Position numbers and translations under genes: made by a program
The notes under the pieces: model-generated
Told to the model about the DNA's origin: nothing
The model's database searches: none
The model's input: only the letters and a program-made list of their open reading frames with translations
Shown here: piece after piece, positions 51,244 to 64,000 of the stretch
Layout of the letters: every line of letters begins with the position of its first letter
Position numbering within the stretch: position 1 is the stretch's first letter
Assembly: GCF_036588685.1 (NCBI RefSeq)
Contig: NC_086381.1
Location: forward strand, 13,640,001 to 13,704,000
DNA length: 64,000 nt
Reading direction: 5' to 3'
DNA from: Mytilus trossulus
Lineage: Eukaryota

Positions 51244-53747
51244 CGTCATTACCTTATATAATAATCTTAGGTCGTTTGAGAAAATATCAACCTAAAGTTA
51301 TATAACGTTCAACATCAATATCAAATAGTAATCTGAAACCATTAAAAGAACCCATTGTGATAGCCTTAACATTTAGATATCTATTTAAAGGTTTTTGACA
51401 GTTTTTGTATTACGAATTGTTAAAAGTGACATTATACCAAAACAACAAAAGATACTGAATAAAAGAAATGTGCCATTTTGTACACATATCAAAAAGAAAC
51501 TTCGTTTTAAGCAATATCATTTATTGTTTCATTGCATTTTTGATAGTAAACATTGTAAATGAGGATTTTATGTCAAGTAAACCCAGACTTAAATACAAAT
51601 TACAAATTTTAAAATTTTAAAACCAAGGATATATAAATACTTGAATATTTGAGAAAAGGTGTGCTTCTTATAAAAGAGTTTATAGAAAAACAGCCAAATC
51701 TACATTTGTTAATTCTACCGCATCTTATTCAATTCCAAGCAATGAACCAACAACAAAATGATTTCTCGAAAAATGTGATGTAATACTTTCGACTAAATGT
51801 TCGTAAATTTTGAAATGTGTTGAGGTCATTGATTCTTAACTGAAATAATTGTTCTGTGATTACTTTTTTTCTTTTTATAGTGGCAATAAGCCTTCTATGG
51901 TACATTGTAGGAGTCAACAATCACAAGTGTTCAATACTTTATAATTATCTGAACAAGGTCTATCTTTTGTATTGTAATTTTCAAATATCAAGAGGATTAT
52001 TTAATCAAAGTAGGATGTTCATTTTTATTGTTTAGTGGTAAATAAATAATGAATAACATGTGCTAGGATTAGCTGTATTTACATATTCCATAAACGCCAA
52101 CTATAATGAATGATAAGTTCAGGATGTTCACCACTATAACTTGTCCAGGTACTGCATTGGCCAGTAACTGCTACTGTCATTAATTTCCTGTATTTCTAAT
52201 AAATCTTAAGAATATGTCTGTAATAAGGCATAAATGAAATGGTTATTACATTCCAGACTGTATCGGGTTTCTTTATTTCCTCTGTTTGACCTGTGGTTTC
52301 CAGAACATCTAAAGATACATCTAAATGCTTATAATGTGATTGTCCAGGAAATAGTTACAATTTACTCAAAAATCTTGATAACGTTATATGAATGGATTGA
52401 TCGTTAACTGTTTAGTTTTACCCAATCACAAGTGACGCTTGTTGTTATTCATTCGTTTGATGGGATTGAGCATTTGATTATGCCATTTGCTATGAGACTT
52501 CCGGTTTTGAATTTTTCCCCGAGTTCTGTATTTTTGTGACTTTAATTTTTATCCACATGTTCTTTAGTTATTTATAATAAGGAGTGTTGGTAGTATGTGG
52601 GATTTAAAATAGCCTGAATCTGTTTTGTCTTGCTTCAGCAGATTAGCAAGAGACGAATCTAACAACGCTTCTTTTATAGTTCATGCGATTCCCTATTATT
52701 TTGTTTGTAGACCTGATGTATTTGCGATATCTGCATATAACATTGGTAAAAAAAAAATGCTGAACGTATTGCATGAACACCAAAAAAGCGACTCCGGGTG
52801 CAACGACATGCTTAGCTGACTATACGCGGTATGGGCTTTGCTCATTGTTAAAGGCCGTACGGTGACCTATAATTGTTAATGTTTGTTGTTTGTGTCATTT
52901 TGGTCTTTTTATATTAGCATGTTCTTTTTGATAATTTTCGTTTGTTTAGCTTTGTTAATGTTTATAATTTAAATTTTAATAGTCAAATAAATGAATTACA
53001 TGAGATGGTAATTGTGACGTAGTACCTTGTCTTACGTTATTTTGAGATTTTATATTGCCGGTTATTTTCACTATAATATTATTTTGTTTGCTTTAATCCG
53101 AGACTGACTGAACAAATCTACCTAGGTTTTATGTAACTTACTTACGCTGGCCACATTTATTCAAAACAAATTCGGTTTCACTATATGCAAAGTTTAATTG
53201 AATGCTGAATAATTCAAGGTACATTTGAGATAGTCTGAAAGCCGCTTTTTAGACACCAAATTTAACCAATTTGCAATGTTTTACTGGTATACATATTATA
53301 TTGTGTAAAAAATATCTTCAAAGAGTTAACTTAAATGCTGGTCAAATTACTTAACACATATTTTTAATACAAATAAATGAATCCATGATAAAAATGATTG
53401 TTGACAGAGTAATCAATAACTAGTTAGATATAAACATCACGTGATAAATTGTTGAAAGATACTTCCCATATTATGTTTCCAGAAATGATGTAGAATAATG
53501 ATTGAACATTTAGTGCAAGTATTTATATATCCCCGTATTCAAATTATTGTTAGTAACAATACGCAAATAATTAGTGAAAGTAATGTCACACCTCGAAAAA
53601 ACTGTTTACACACATTTTGTTCATTGCTAACATTGACAATATTAAACTATAATTGCATGGTACAATATCATAGAATAACACATGCTAGTAACTAGTTACT
53701 TTCTGTTAGAAATATTTGGTTACTTTACAATAATGTGTCTTATACAA

Positions 53748-53950
53748 AAGAAAATGTGGTATGATTGCCAGTGAGACAACTGTCCACAAAAGATCAAAAT
53801 GACACATACATTAACAACTATAGGTCACCGTTCGGCCTTCAACAATGAGCAAAGCCCACACCACATAGTCAGCTATAAAAGGCCCCGACATGACAATATA
53901 AAACAATTCAAACGAGAAAACTAACGGCCTTATTTATAAAAAAAATAATG
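53748..53950 (+). repeat. Interspersed repeat (ATGTGGTATGATTGCCAATGAGACAAC family)
   Basis: Longer copy at 57232-57622; inverted copies at ~52812-52910 and ~31085-31400. Confidence 0.8.
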
Positions 53951-56862
53951 AAAAAAATGATAACCGTGTAGATAACCTGTTTCAAATACAAGTACTGTAG
54001 ACTAGATGTATGTCTTTTTATACCGTTACGTGTGTACTGTGTTATTCCGTATGAGTTCCGTTAATCGAAGCTGAACGTGTGGAGGATTGCGAAATAATAG
54101 ATAGTTTAACTTTTAAAGTTAAACTAGGCCAAAGTCAGCGAGTTCCTCAATTGTTGCTTTAAGTTATATCTTAAATGCGACGTCCCGACTTTTGATATGT
54201 ATCAAACATAAGTTATTAGATACTTAGAATACAATTGTATAACGATGGGAAATATTTCATATCTTGATTATCTCCCATTTACCACAAACAATCGCAGCTG
54301 TAAAATACCTCAAATGTTACGAAGCGTGCTTATTCCATATATTTTTATTACTTATTGGTCTCCATTATTGTGAAGACATTAAAATTAATGGTTTTACATA
54401 GAAGACAAGACATAAACTATACAAGTTAACGGAAAAGACAATAGGAAGAAGTTAAATCACAAAAATATCAAACTCCGAGGGAAAAAGATCAAAATGAAAA
54501 ATCCCTTATCAAATTACAAAATCAAAAGCTTAAATACATCAAATAAATGGACATAAACTGGCATATTTCTGACTTGGTACAGACATTTTTTTTAGTAGAA
54601 AATGATGGATTAAGACTGGTTTTATAGCTAGCAAACCTCTTACTTATATGACAGTCGCATTGAATTCCATTTCATCGACAACAATGTCTTAACTAAACAA
54701 ACAGACATAACTACTCTACTAATGACTTCACGGTTCAAGCTATCCAAATATACTACCTTTACCTACACACTCTGTGCATTCTATCTTAACAGTATTCAAC
54801 ACCAGCATCTTAGCCGATTATGTGTTATTAGTTTTGCTCAACAAACATTCACAACTTATGAAATATTACGACATTGGCTAAAAATAAAACTCTAATCAGG
54901 CTTTTTCATAACATGCCAACTAGAAATTGTTTTGTCTAAATGAAGGATTTTCTTACAGTGTAATTCAGAAAATGTACTTTATATTTTTCAACTAGACTTT
55001 TTATGTAACTATCTATCGTAAACAATTACATTTCAAATGAATTTAACACAGGCTTTCAACGATCATTTATTTATTTATATTAACTTTTATATTAAATGCT
55101 GAATTTTGTGTCATACTTAAATGCTTTAAGTGTAAGTCGTCCGTTTCATGACAGTACACATTCTGTTTATTGTTTAGCATAGTACAAAATGGCTTTTTTG
55201 TCGTCAACTAGCAGGATATAGAATTGATTACTCTTCAACATTTTAAATAATGATAACCTGATTTAAAGTAGTGATTTATCATATGCGAGGTTTTTTTTTG
55301 TATGTATGAGAATAAGAGTAATCAAGGATTTTACTTAACTGCGTATTAAGTTTAATTTTCATATCAAAAAGTATATATTTTACAAAGTTTATAATCTACC
55401 TTTGCCACTACATCGTCAATTATATCATTTTAAAAATCAACTGTACAAACCTCTTTAAAATAACAACATAATATCAAATTTCAATTTCTAAAGTAGGCTA
55501 AGTTTAGTCGTATTATCAAAACACTAATAAGGACTCTTTTCGGAATCAATTGCGTCGTCAATTAATTTCCTATCTATGATTTGGACTGTTCTTTCGGTAT
55601 CTTTCGCCCCTCTTTTGCAACATTGTTTGCATCAAATCCAGGGTTATGGACTTTTACAGCAATCTAATCAGACATATTAAAGTTATAAAACTAAATAGAG
55701 TTGTTAGACGATATAATGTTGTTTGATGTTTTTACGCGTTGTCGGCTTACCAGATATAACCCGATGATTGTCATATGACATGAGGCCAAAGTAGCATATT
55801 TAGGTCTCAGACCACTAATTCGCCTACTCTTTCCAGAATGTTGAAAGTACTAGGTGCTCTTCCCTGATAAGTGCTTTTGATGTCAATGTTTAATAAGTTC
55901 TATCTAATAAGACTTTAAACAGTAGTTGGAAAATATTTGATGAAAATGAAGTGTTCGCCTTTTTTTTAACTTCCAAATTGGGTTACATGTATATATTTTA
56001 CTAGCAATCTTTATGTGTTAATTTTGTTTAGTCACTGACTTTTCTATGTTTTGTTTAAAAGATGGTGGTTTGTTTGTGTGTCGTTTTTTTTCCTGGTTTT
56101 TTTAAAACAATTTATCGTTTCACCAGTGTATTTGATGACAGCATTGTTAGATAGAACCATGTTATGGTACATACATTGACCATATAAGATCACACCGTAA
56201 ACTCAGGATGAATGGTCGACCTTACACAGTCTCGATGGTGTAATTTAGAGAGAATAGACATGCGTATTCAAATTATAGGAATGTGTCTATTTTTAAGGAA
56301 TTTTCATTTATTCATCAAATGTTTAATCAATTAATCACACCAACAGAACTGATTCTCTTATTAACTTTAAGAATATAAAAATAAATAGAAATAGAATATC
56401 TACCAGACATGAGTTCTTTATAGGAATATTATGGTTGTTATCCGTTTGTTGGATGTGTTTTAATTTTGACATTTGTTGATGGACTTTCCGCTTTTAATTT
56501 TCATAGGAGTTCAGTATTTTCGTGGTTTTACTATTTTCTGAAGTTAATCTCGTTGAGATTTTTCTCATTAACGTTTACACAACTTTCTGCGTCGTATATT
56601 TGTAGTACAGGTGAGCATAGTAAATATGCAAATAAATCATATGGGTATCTTTAAATGGTTATAACAGGACTTCCGCATTTAAACAAATGCAGATTGAAAG
56701 AACGCAGATGTACATGTTGTATTAACTCATCACTCTGATACACAAATAATATCGTCAACATTTGGACTACGTACTATGGGTAATTAAAATATCTACTATT
56801 ATAGAATTTTCCAATTTAATTCATTAATCTTATTAATTTTTCAACAGAATTCAATTTTGTGT

Positions 56863-56999
56863 NNNNNNNNNNNNNNNNNNNNNNNNNNNNNNNNNNNNNN
56901 NNNNNNNNNNNNNNNNNNNNNNNNNNNNNNNNNNNNNNNNNNNNNNNNNNNNNNNNNNNNNNNNNNNNNNNNNNNNNNNNNNNNNNNNNNNNNNNNNNN
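56863..56999. other. Assembly gap (137 N)
   Basis: Run of N. Confidence 1.
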
Positions 57000-57231
57000 T
57001 TATTATAATCATTATTATTATTAATATTAATATATTTCTTTTTATGTATTATTATTGTTATCACAATGAATACTTATTTCTTTAAATGTATTGGAGAGCC
57101 TCTTGCCATTTTCGAGGCAGGTTTTTTTGTTTAATTTAAAGAGCCAATTGTTACATATTCGTCAACATAATGAATATCTTTATGATAAACAATGCATCGC
57201 TAACGACTAAATTTGGTGTATATATGAAAAA

Positions 57232-57622
57232 TGAGATGTGGTTTGGTTGCCAATGAGATAACTGTCCACAAGAGACCAAAAATAACACAGACATTTACAA
57301 CTATAGGTCACCGTACGGCCTTCAACAATGAGCAAAGCCCATACCGCATAGTCACCTATAAAAGGCCCCAATAAGACAATGTAAAAGAATTCAAACGAGA
57401 AATCTAACGGCCTTATTTATATAAATAAAGGAAGCAAAACAAATATGTAAGCAAACGACAACCACTGAATAACAGGCTCCTGACTTGGGACAGGCACATA
57501 CTTAAATAATGTGGCGGGGTTAAACATGTAAGGGGGATCCCAACCCTCCTCCTAACCTGGGACAGTGATATCACAATACAACATAAGAACGAACTATAAA
57601 AATCAGTTGAAAAAGGTTTAAC
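57232..57622 (+). repeat. Interspersed repeat, same family as 53748-53950
   Basis: Shared CTATAGGTCACCGTACGGCCTTCAACAATGAGCAAAGCCC...TAACGGCCTTATTT. Confidence 0.8.
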
Positions 57623-57932
57623 ATGTCTATCTATACATGAATAGAAATGTAATATTAGTTAAAAGTTTGGAAGTAATAAAAACTGTATTCTTTCATAGAT
57701 GGAGTGTAAACTATATTAATTTTTGATTTTGATAATGTTCATATGACAAACAAGAATTAACATTGTATGCGATCATCATGCAATTTCGGTAAAAGTTTAC
57801 TTAAATAATATATGCAACAGTTTAATGCCTAGAGGGGCAAGAAATATCGATTATTTACTGAATTTGAAATGAACCATAGCCTTGGACAATTTTTCAAATC
57901 GTACACCAGCTTTATTTCATTCCAAATTATAA

Positions 57933-59717
57933 TTTTTAGCTCACCTGGACCAAAGGGCCAAGTGAGCTTTTCTCATCACTTTGCGTCCGTCGTTGTCCGT
58001 CGTCGTCGTCGTCCGTCGTCGTTAACTTTTACAAAAATCTTCTCCTCTGAGACCACTGGGCCAAATTAAACAAACTTGGCCACAATCATCATTAGGGTAT
58101 CTAGTTTAAAAAACCAACCAAGATGACCACAATGGCTAAAAATAGAACATAGGGGTAAAATGCAGTTTTTGGCTTATAACTCAAAAACCAAAGCATTTAG
58201 ACCAAATCTGACACGGGGGTTAAAATGTTTATCAGGTCAAGATCTATCTGCCCTGAAAATTTCAGATGAATCGAATAACCCGTTGTTGGGTTGCTGCCCC
58301 TGATTTGGTAATTTTAAGGAAATTTTGCTGTTTTTGGTTATTATCTTGAATACTATTATAGATAGAGAAGAACAGTAAACAGCAATAATGTTCAGCAAAG
58401 TAAGATTTATAAATAAGTCAACACGACCGACATTGTCAGTTGACCCCTTTAGGAGTTATTGCCCTTTATAGTCAATCTGTAACCATTTTTCGTAAATCTT
58501 AGTAATCTTTTACAAAAATCTTCTCCTCTGAAACGACTGGGCCAAATTAAACCAAACTTGGCCACAATTATCATTAGGGTATTTAGTTTAAAAATTGTGT
58601 CCAGTGACCCGGTCAACCAAACCAAGATGGCCACCATGGCTAAAAATAGAACATAGGGGTAAAATACGGTTTTTGGCTTATAACTCAAAAACCAAAGCAT
58701 TTAGACCAAATCTGACATGGGGGTTAAAATGTTTATCAGGTCAAGATCTATCTGCCCTGAAAATTTCAGATGAATCGAACAACCCGTTGTTGGGTTGCTG
58801 CCCCTGATTTGGTAATTTTAAGGAAATTTTGCTGTTTTTGGTTATTATCTTGAATACTATTATAGATAGAGAAGAACAATAAACAGCAATAATGTTCAGC
58901 ATAGTAAGATTTATTAATAAGTCAACACGACCGACATTGTCAGTTGACCTCTTTAGGAGTTATTGCCCTTTATAGTCAATCTGTAACCATTTTTCGTAAA
59001 TCTTAGTAATCTTTTACAAAAATCTTCTCCTCTGAAACGACTGGGCCAAATTAAACCAAACTTGGCCACAATTATCATTAGGGTATTTAGTTTAAAAATT
59101 GTGTCCAGTGACCCGGTCAACCAAACCAAGATGGCCACCATGGCTAAAAATAGAACATAGGGGTAAAATACGGTTTTTGGCTTATAACTCAAAAACCAAA
59201 GCATTTAGAGCAAATCTGACATGGGGGTTAAATTGGTTATCAGGTCAAGATCTATCTGCCCTGTTAATTTCAGATTAATCGGTCAACCTGTTGTTGGGTT
59301 GCTGCCTCTGAATTGGTAATTTTAAGGAAATTTTGCTGTTTTTGGTTAATTTTGAATAATTTTATAGATGGAGATAAACAGTAAACAGCAATAATGTTCA
59401 GCAAAGTAAGGTTTACAAATAAGTCAACACGACCAATATGGTCAGTAGACACGTTTAGGAGTTATTGTCCTTTATAGTCATTTTTTACATTTTTTCATAA
59501 ATTTTTGTCGATTTTAGAAAATATTTTTCACTGTAATTACTGGGCCAAGTTCATTATAGATAGAGATAATTGTAGCAACAAGCATGTTCAGTAAAGTAAA
59601 ATCTTCAAACACATCACCATAATCAAAACCTGATTTTGTTAGGAATTTATCTGTGCCCATTGTTTAATATGCACATAGACCAAGGTGAGCGACACAGGCT
59701 CTTGAGAGCCTCTAAGT
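57933..59717 (+). mobile_element. Full-length Helentron-associated (HINE-like) element with three ~500-bp tandem core repeats
   Basis: 5' TTAGCTCACCTG with inverted repeat CAAGTGAGCTT, a (GTC)n microsatellite, cores starting at 58026, 58507 and 59011 (partial at ~59515), 3' subTIR AGGTGAGC and hairpin GGCTCTTGAGAGCC. Confidence 0.88.
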
Positions 59718-60226
59718 AATTCATATAAAAATTTCAAAATGCGACTGTAAATTATTGTGATTATCACCTGTCGTATTTTTCGCAATAGTTTCTGATTTTT
59801 CAGTACTTTTCCCCAAGAATAACAGGAAATTGCATGACCTTGTGCTAGCAAACCCTAATTCGGGTCCCTTTTTAGGGAACCGTATCCGTGTGTGTGACTT
59901 TGTATCATAGTCGTGGTCATTCTTATATTTATCACAATTTTGTCGACATTTTTTTTTTGTTATTCCTTTTTATTTTCATGTACAGTTATTCTTAGTATAT
60001 CACATCTTCAAAGGTATAATACCAATTCTTGCCCTCTGTCTTTGACTTTATTCTGCAGAGTTTTGTTTTAGTGATCTTTTACATTATTATCTTCTAAACT
60101 CTCAACAATATCCTGTGATATTGCTGCTTATAAGAATGAATTGAACTTAATGAATTACATCCTAGAGTGGTCAGCTTAATCAACTCAATTTGTTTGTTTT
60201 CAAATACATAACATGTTGTTTTTCAG

Positions 60227-63200
60227 CCCAGCTTAATACCGGCAACGAGATTTTAGTAGATGTTGATGAACTACAACGGCAATACAAAATCACTACCGGT
60301 GTCAATGAATGCTTTTCTAAAGAATTCCAAACATGGAAGGTAAGGGAAACTTATATCGAGGTTTGCAAAAATACGTAAAACAGTTTGTCTTTCCTATCTG
60401 TCAATACCTTTCGTATCTTTGAATCAATATCATTCGGAGCATTTGAGTAAAAACCGAATAATAATTCCCTATTTTGTTAATCGAAAGTTTACATTTACTG
60501 TAAAAACATTAATTTTCGGGGAGTTAAAAGTTCGTGGTATTGTCTCTATATAAGATTTCATGGGGATTTAATTTCGTGATTTCAAATGAATGGAAGTGAT
60601 ATTATATGAACATTTCATTTTCGTAGGGGGTTAGATTTCTTGGATACATTTTCTCCACGAAATAAACGAAATTAAATCCTCCACGAAAATTTCTGCTTTT
60701 ACAGTTTATAAACTTGTATAATAGACTCCTACCGTAAGTTCGTTTACATATTTTGTCTATATCTCCTTATAAACCTATACATCCTTCAGCCCATTTACAT
60801 TTGTGATTTTACTTTTCAGTGATTAAATTTCATATTATAATTTTCCCTGTTATATTCATATTTCTACAGTTAGAGCATAAGTTCTAACATTTACAAATAG
60901 TTGTTCTAATCTAGTTTTGCACTAACTTCACTTTTTTGTAAATTTCTTGAACCGTAATAGATCAGTATTATTTATCATCATTAAATGAATACAAAGCCTA
61001 TAGTTAAATACATAGAACAGTCTTTAATACAAGACCATACTTTGAAATTTGGGAAATGGAGAGTGATGCAAAAAAATCCGACAGCTTATGTGTCATCTAA
61101 CTAAAACACGTATTCCTATCAATACCCATAAACCCTTGTCCCTATCTAATTTTACTTTTTTTCTTTCGTCATTCAACATATGCATAATATATATAATGAA
61201 GATATGATTGCTAATGAGACAACTCTCCACAAGAGGCCAAAACACACAGAAATTAACAACTATATATATTTTATGTAAGCAGCACTTTCACAAGCAACAA
61301 AACTATAAACTCAAAAGGACATACACAACAGCACGGTGCAGTATACCTATACCTGGAGAATTTCTGTTTCCGTCAATAGATTCTTTTTCTATTACTACGT
61401 CAAACCCATCTAACAACAGTTTTACAATATTGGTAAAAATAAATGTATCTGAAAAGAGATTTGTATTGTATGAACACAATCAACATTGAGTAAATAAAAA
61501 CATCCTGAAACGAAAGGACTACATTTGATATTGAAATAAATTTATTGTTGCTAAAAAGCATTTTAGACTTTTCACAAAAATTCCTACCATAAAAAATATT
61601 CGTAAGTCATAAAAATTTCAGCATAACTAACGATCGATTTTAATCGTAAGATATTTTTGTGAAAAGAGTTATTGGTGAGTGTAACATGTGAAACAGGGTC
61701 TGCTTACCCTTCAGAATCACCTGAGATCCCCATCGTTTTCTTTTTTTTTTCTTTTTTTTTTGGGAGGGGGAGGGTATTATTGTTCAGTCTTTAGTATTTT
61801 GTGGTGTGTTTTGTTAGCTGTTGTATGTATTTTATCTTTTTTCGTTGTTTTCGGCTTAAAAGTTTGAATATCCCTTCGGTATATCCCGTTTGTGTTGCTC
61901 CCGAGTCATTCATAAGTCATTTATATAATAACAGTTTTAAGTCATAATAAATAAAAGTCTGAAGTTCACTTCGGAAACAAACTACTTTTCTAGTACCGTT
62001 ATGAAATAAACTTATGTTTTCCAGATTTTTATAATCTAACAATTTTACTCTCATAACGCACACACAAGCCGAATGATCAGTGGTTAAATATGCCATTCAA
62101 ATCCGATTGTAGGTGTTTTTTACGCCACTTTCAATACCCTTGGCTATATCATGGCAGTCAGCTTTTCTTGCTGGTCGGAGTGAATAGAGAGAACCTACAA
62201 CCTTTTTGTTTAAATTGCTGTTATGTTCAATAAAGATCAGAGTTGAAAGCACCTACCACGTGCGAGGATCGAACTCGTTCAATATTGTCAATCTATTAAT
62301 ACTTGAGACAACCATATTAAATTAAAGGATTATTTATCCCGCAACAAACACTGATAGAACATGAATTGTCTAGTAGTATCATCCAGAATCATAGTCAATG
62401 ATGACTGAATTGTTTTTCTTTTAGATGAAACAAAAGAATAAAGCTAACCCTGACTATTTGTGTCTAGCAGTTTTTGCAGTTTTCTTTTTTTTCCCGTTTG
62501 GAATGTGTGCCACATACTATGCAAACAGTGTAAGTATTTTATAAATTTTAAACAAATCTCAAATTGTAATGATGTAAAATTGTAGTTCATAAACCGAATA
62601 ATCAGTATTATTTGAATAGAGCATATGTTTTTTTGCACGCATGTTTCGAAATATTGAAACATATATGTGATTTATTTTGCATTTTAAGGCTTTTTTTAAA
62701 TTTAAGTTAAAAGACGCTCCATCACGACGTCAATGAACACAAAACCATCAAAAAGAGGAAAATTCCTGTTTTTTAGGTTTTTCAGTGTAAATTCACATTA
62801 TTATAAGACATGTTACGGTACTTATCTATCACAAATTCATGTATTTGATTTTGATGTAATATTTGTTATTCTCTTAGGATTTTGTCTAATGCTTAGTCCG
62901 TTCCTGTTTGTGTGTGTTATATTTTAATGTTGTGGCGTTGTTCTCCTCTCATATTTAATGCGTTTCCCTCAGTTGATGTTTGTTTCCCCGATTTTGTTTT
63001 TTGTCCATGGATTTATGAGTTTTGAACAGTGGTATCCTACTGTTGCCTTTATTTGATAGGGCAAGAGTATAAGCAATATAAACGTTTATTAAAAATAAAC
63101 CAAATATTTACAGGCAAACAAAAGCAGGCAATGTGGAAATTATGAAGAAGCCAGGGAGAAGAATCATACGGCTATTGGTTTGATTATTGCAGCTTATAGT

Positions 63201-63248
63201 TTTGGAGTTATTGGTGCCTTCATAATAGGAGCGATGCATCTTACATAA
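60227..63248 (+). CDS. CD225/dispanin (IFITM/PRRT-like) membrane protein; exons 60227-60339, 62425-62529, 63114-63248; 5' end unresolved
   Basis: Spliced product ...EFQTWK-MKQKNKANPDYLCLAVFAVFFFFPFGMCATYYANS-ANKSRQCGNYEEAREKNHTAIGLIIAAYSFGVIGAFIIGAMHLT* matches the CD225 pattern P.DYL.LA......P.G..A...........G.Y..A......A plus a TM helix. Splice sites are canonical. AATAAA at 63247-63252. Confidence 0.88.
60496..60705. mobile_element. Short MITE in CD225 intron
   Basis: TACTGTAAAAACATTAATTTTCGGGG ... CCACGAAAATTTCTGCTTTTACAGT, with internal TTTCGTGG-like subrepeats. Confidence 0.65.
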
Positions 63249-64000
63249 TAAAAACCATCTTGTGGAGAAAACATCAAATTATATTATATTATAATTTTGA
63301 TTTTTGTTTTAAATACTTCAGTTTATATTCATAAACATATAATCGTAGATAAAGTTTGTTTTGCTTATTATCTATAGTGGAGCATCAAAATTTAATTATT
63401 GTTTTTCAAATATGGAACTGTATACTTGCTTTTTTTTAAATCCAGGTGAGCGCTTCAGACGTATGAAATTTTGACCCTGTTGTTTTCATTCTTTAGTTAT
63501 AACACATCGTAATATTCAGTTTTATTTATTTTGCTAATTTTTAATTCTCAATCACTTATATGTAATTTTATGACACACGAAATTTTACTCAATTTGATCT
63601 AGAAATGATTGATTTTTTTTGATTTTTTTTAATAAAATAAATCCTTTTTTGCACATTTCTCTGCTGTTTACAACTTACTCGACTCACAGCATTCAGTCGA
63701 GTATCCCTGTAAATTAGTTACTGTTTAACCAGGGAGATTATACAGTAAAAATATTAGCTATTTATTATGATTAGTTATACAATAATAATATATAAATACA
63801 TTGATTTTGTCAATTTGTTTGAAATGATTGATTGACGACTCTTTTTTTTACAAAATCTCGTCAAATAACACTTATGTTCACGTGGTTGAGGATAGCACAC
63901 TCTATAAGTATCAGATTTTATATTGTCGCGAGCATGTGTTCCATGCTGGCAAGCTACACACAGAAGTGTTTTGAAAGCGTGTGATTTGTGATTCCTACAT

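Noticed and set aside
56606-56610. 5-nt microexon TTTGTAG|TACAG|GTGAGC
   Set aside because: No gene model needs it, and it cannot be supported without transcripts.
58449-59452. Duplicated 83-aa ORFs and neighbouring ORFs
   Set aside because: They lie in the tandem cores of a non-coding HINE-like element.

Overview
AT-rich, repeat-dense eukaryotic DNA, most consistent with a bivalve and probably a Mytilus-type mussel. This is inferred from the gene families and repeat landscape, not from a database. Genes reconstructed by hand from splice sites: (1) a two-coding-exon secreted globular-head C1q gene (8991-10533); (2) an ependymin-related gene with four clean 3' exons but apparently decayed 5' exons (13517-14800); (3) a second, broken ependymin paralog (21136-21943); (4) a single-exon 270-aa Ser-rich orphan ORF (28967-29779); (5) a CD225/dispanin (IFITM-like) gene (60227-63248). 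The most interesting system is a set of about 10 copies of a ~355-370-nt non-coding repeat carrying a type I hammerhead ribozyme (retrozyme-like). The copies share a fixed 3' end about 40 nt past the cleavage site and several exceed one unit in length. They also contain a second conserved folded domain with pseudoknot topology, and they co-occur with Penelope-like RT fragments that could be the mobiliser. The first 5 kb is a mosaic paralog of segments at ~19.8, 23.7-27.2 and 47.4-49.6 kb. Comparing the copies shows a single 36-bp unit in one and a 21-copy minisatellite in the other. Also present: Helentron-associated (HINE-like) elements, several TIR MITEs, a tRNA-derived SINE, a decayed LINE and a 137-N gap. 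Most short ORFs in the supplied track are spurious. All alignments were done by eye, so repeat boundaries are approximate.
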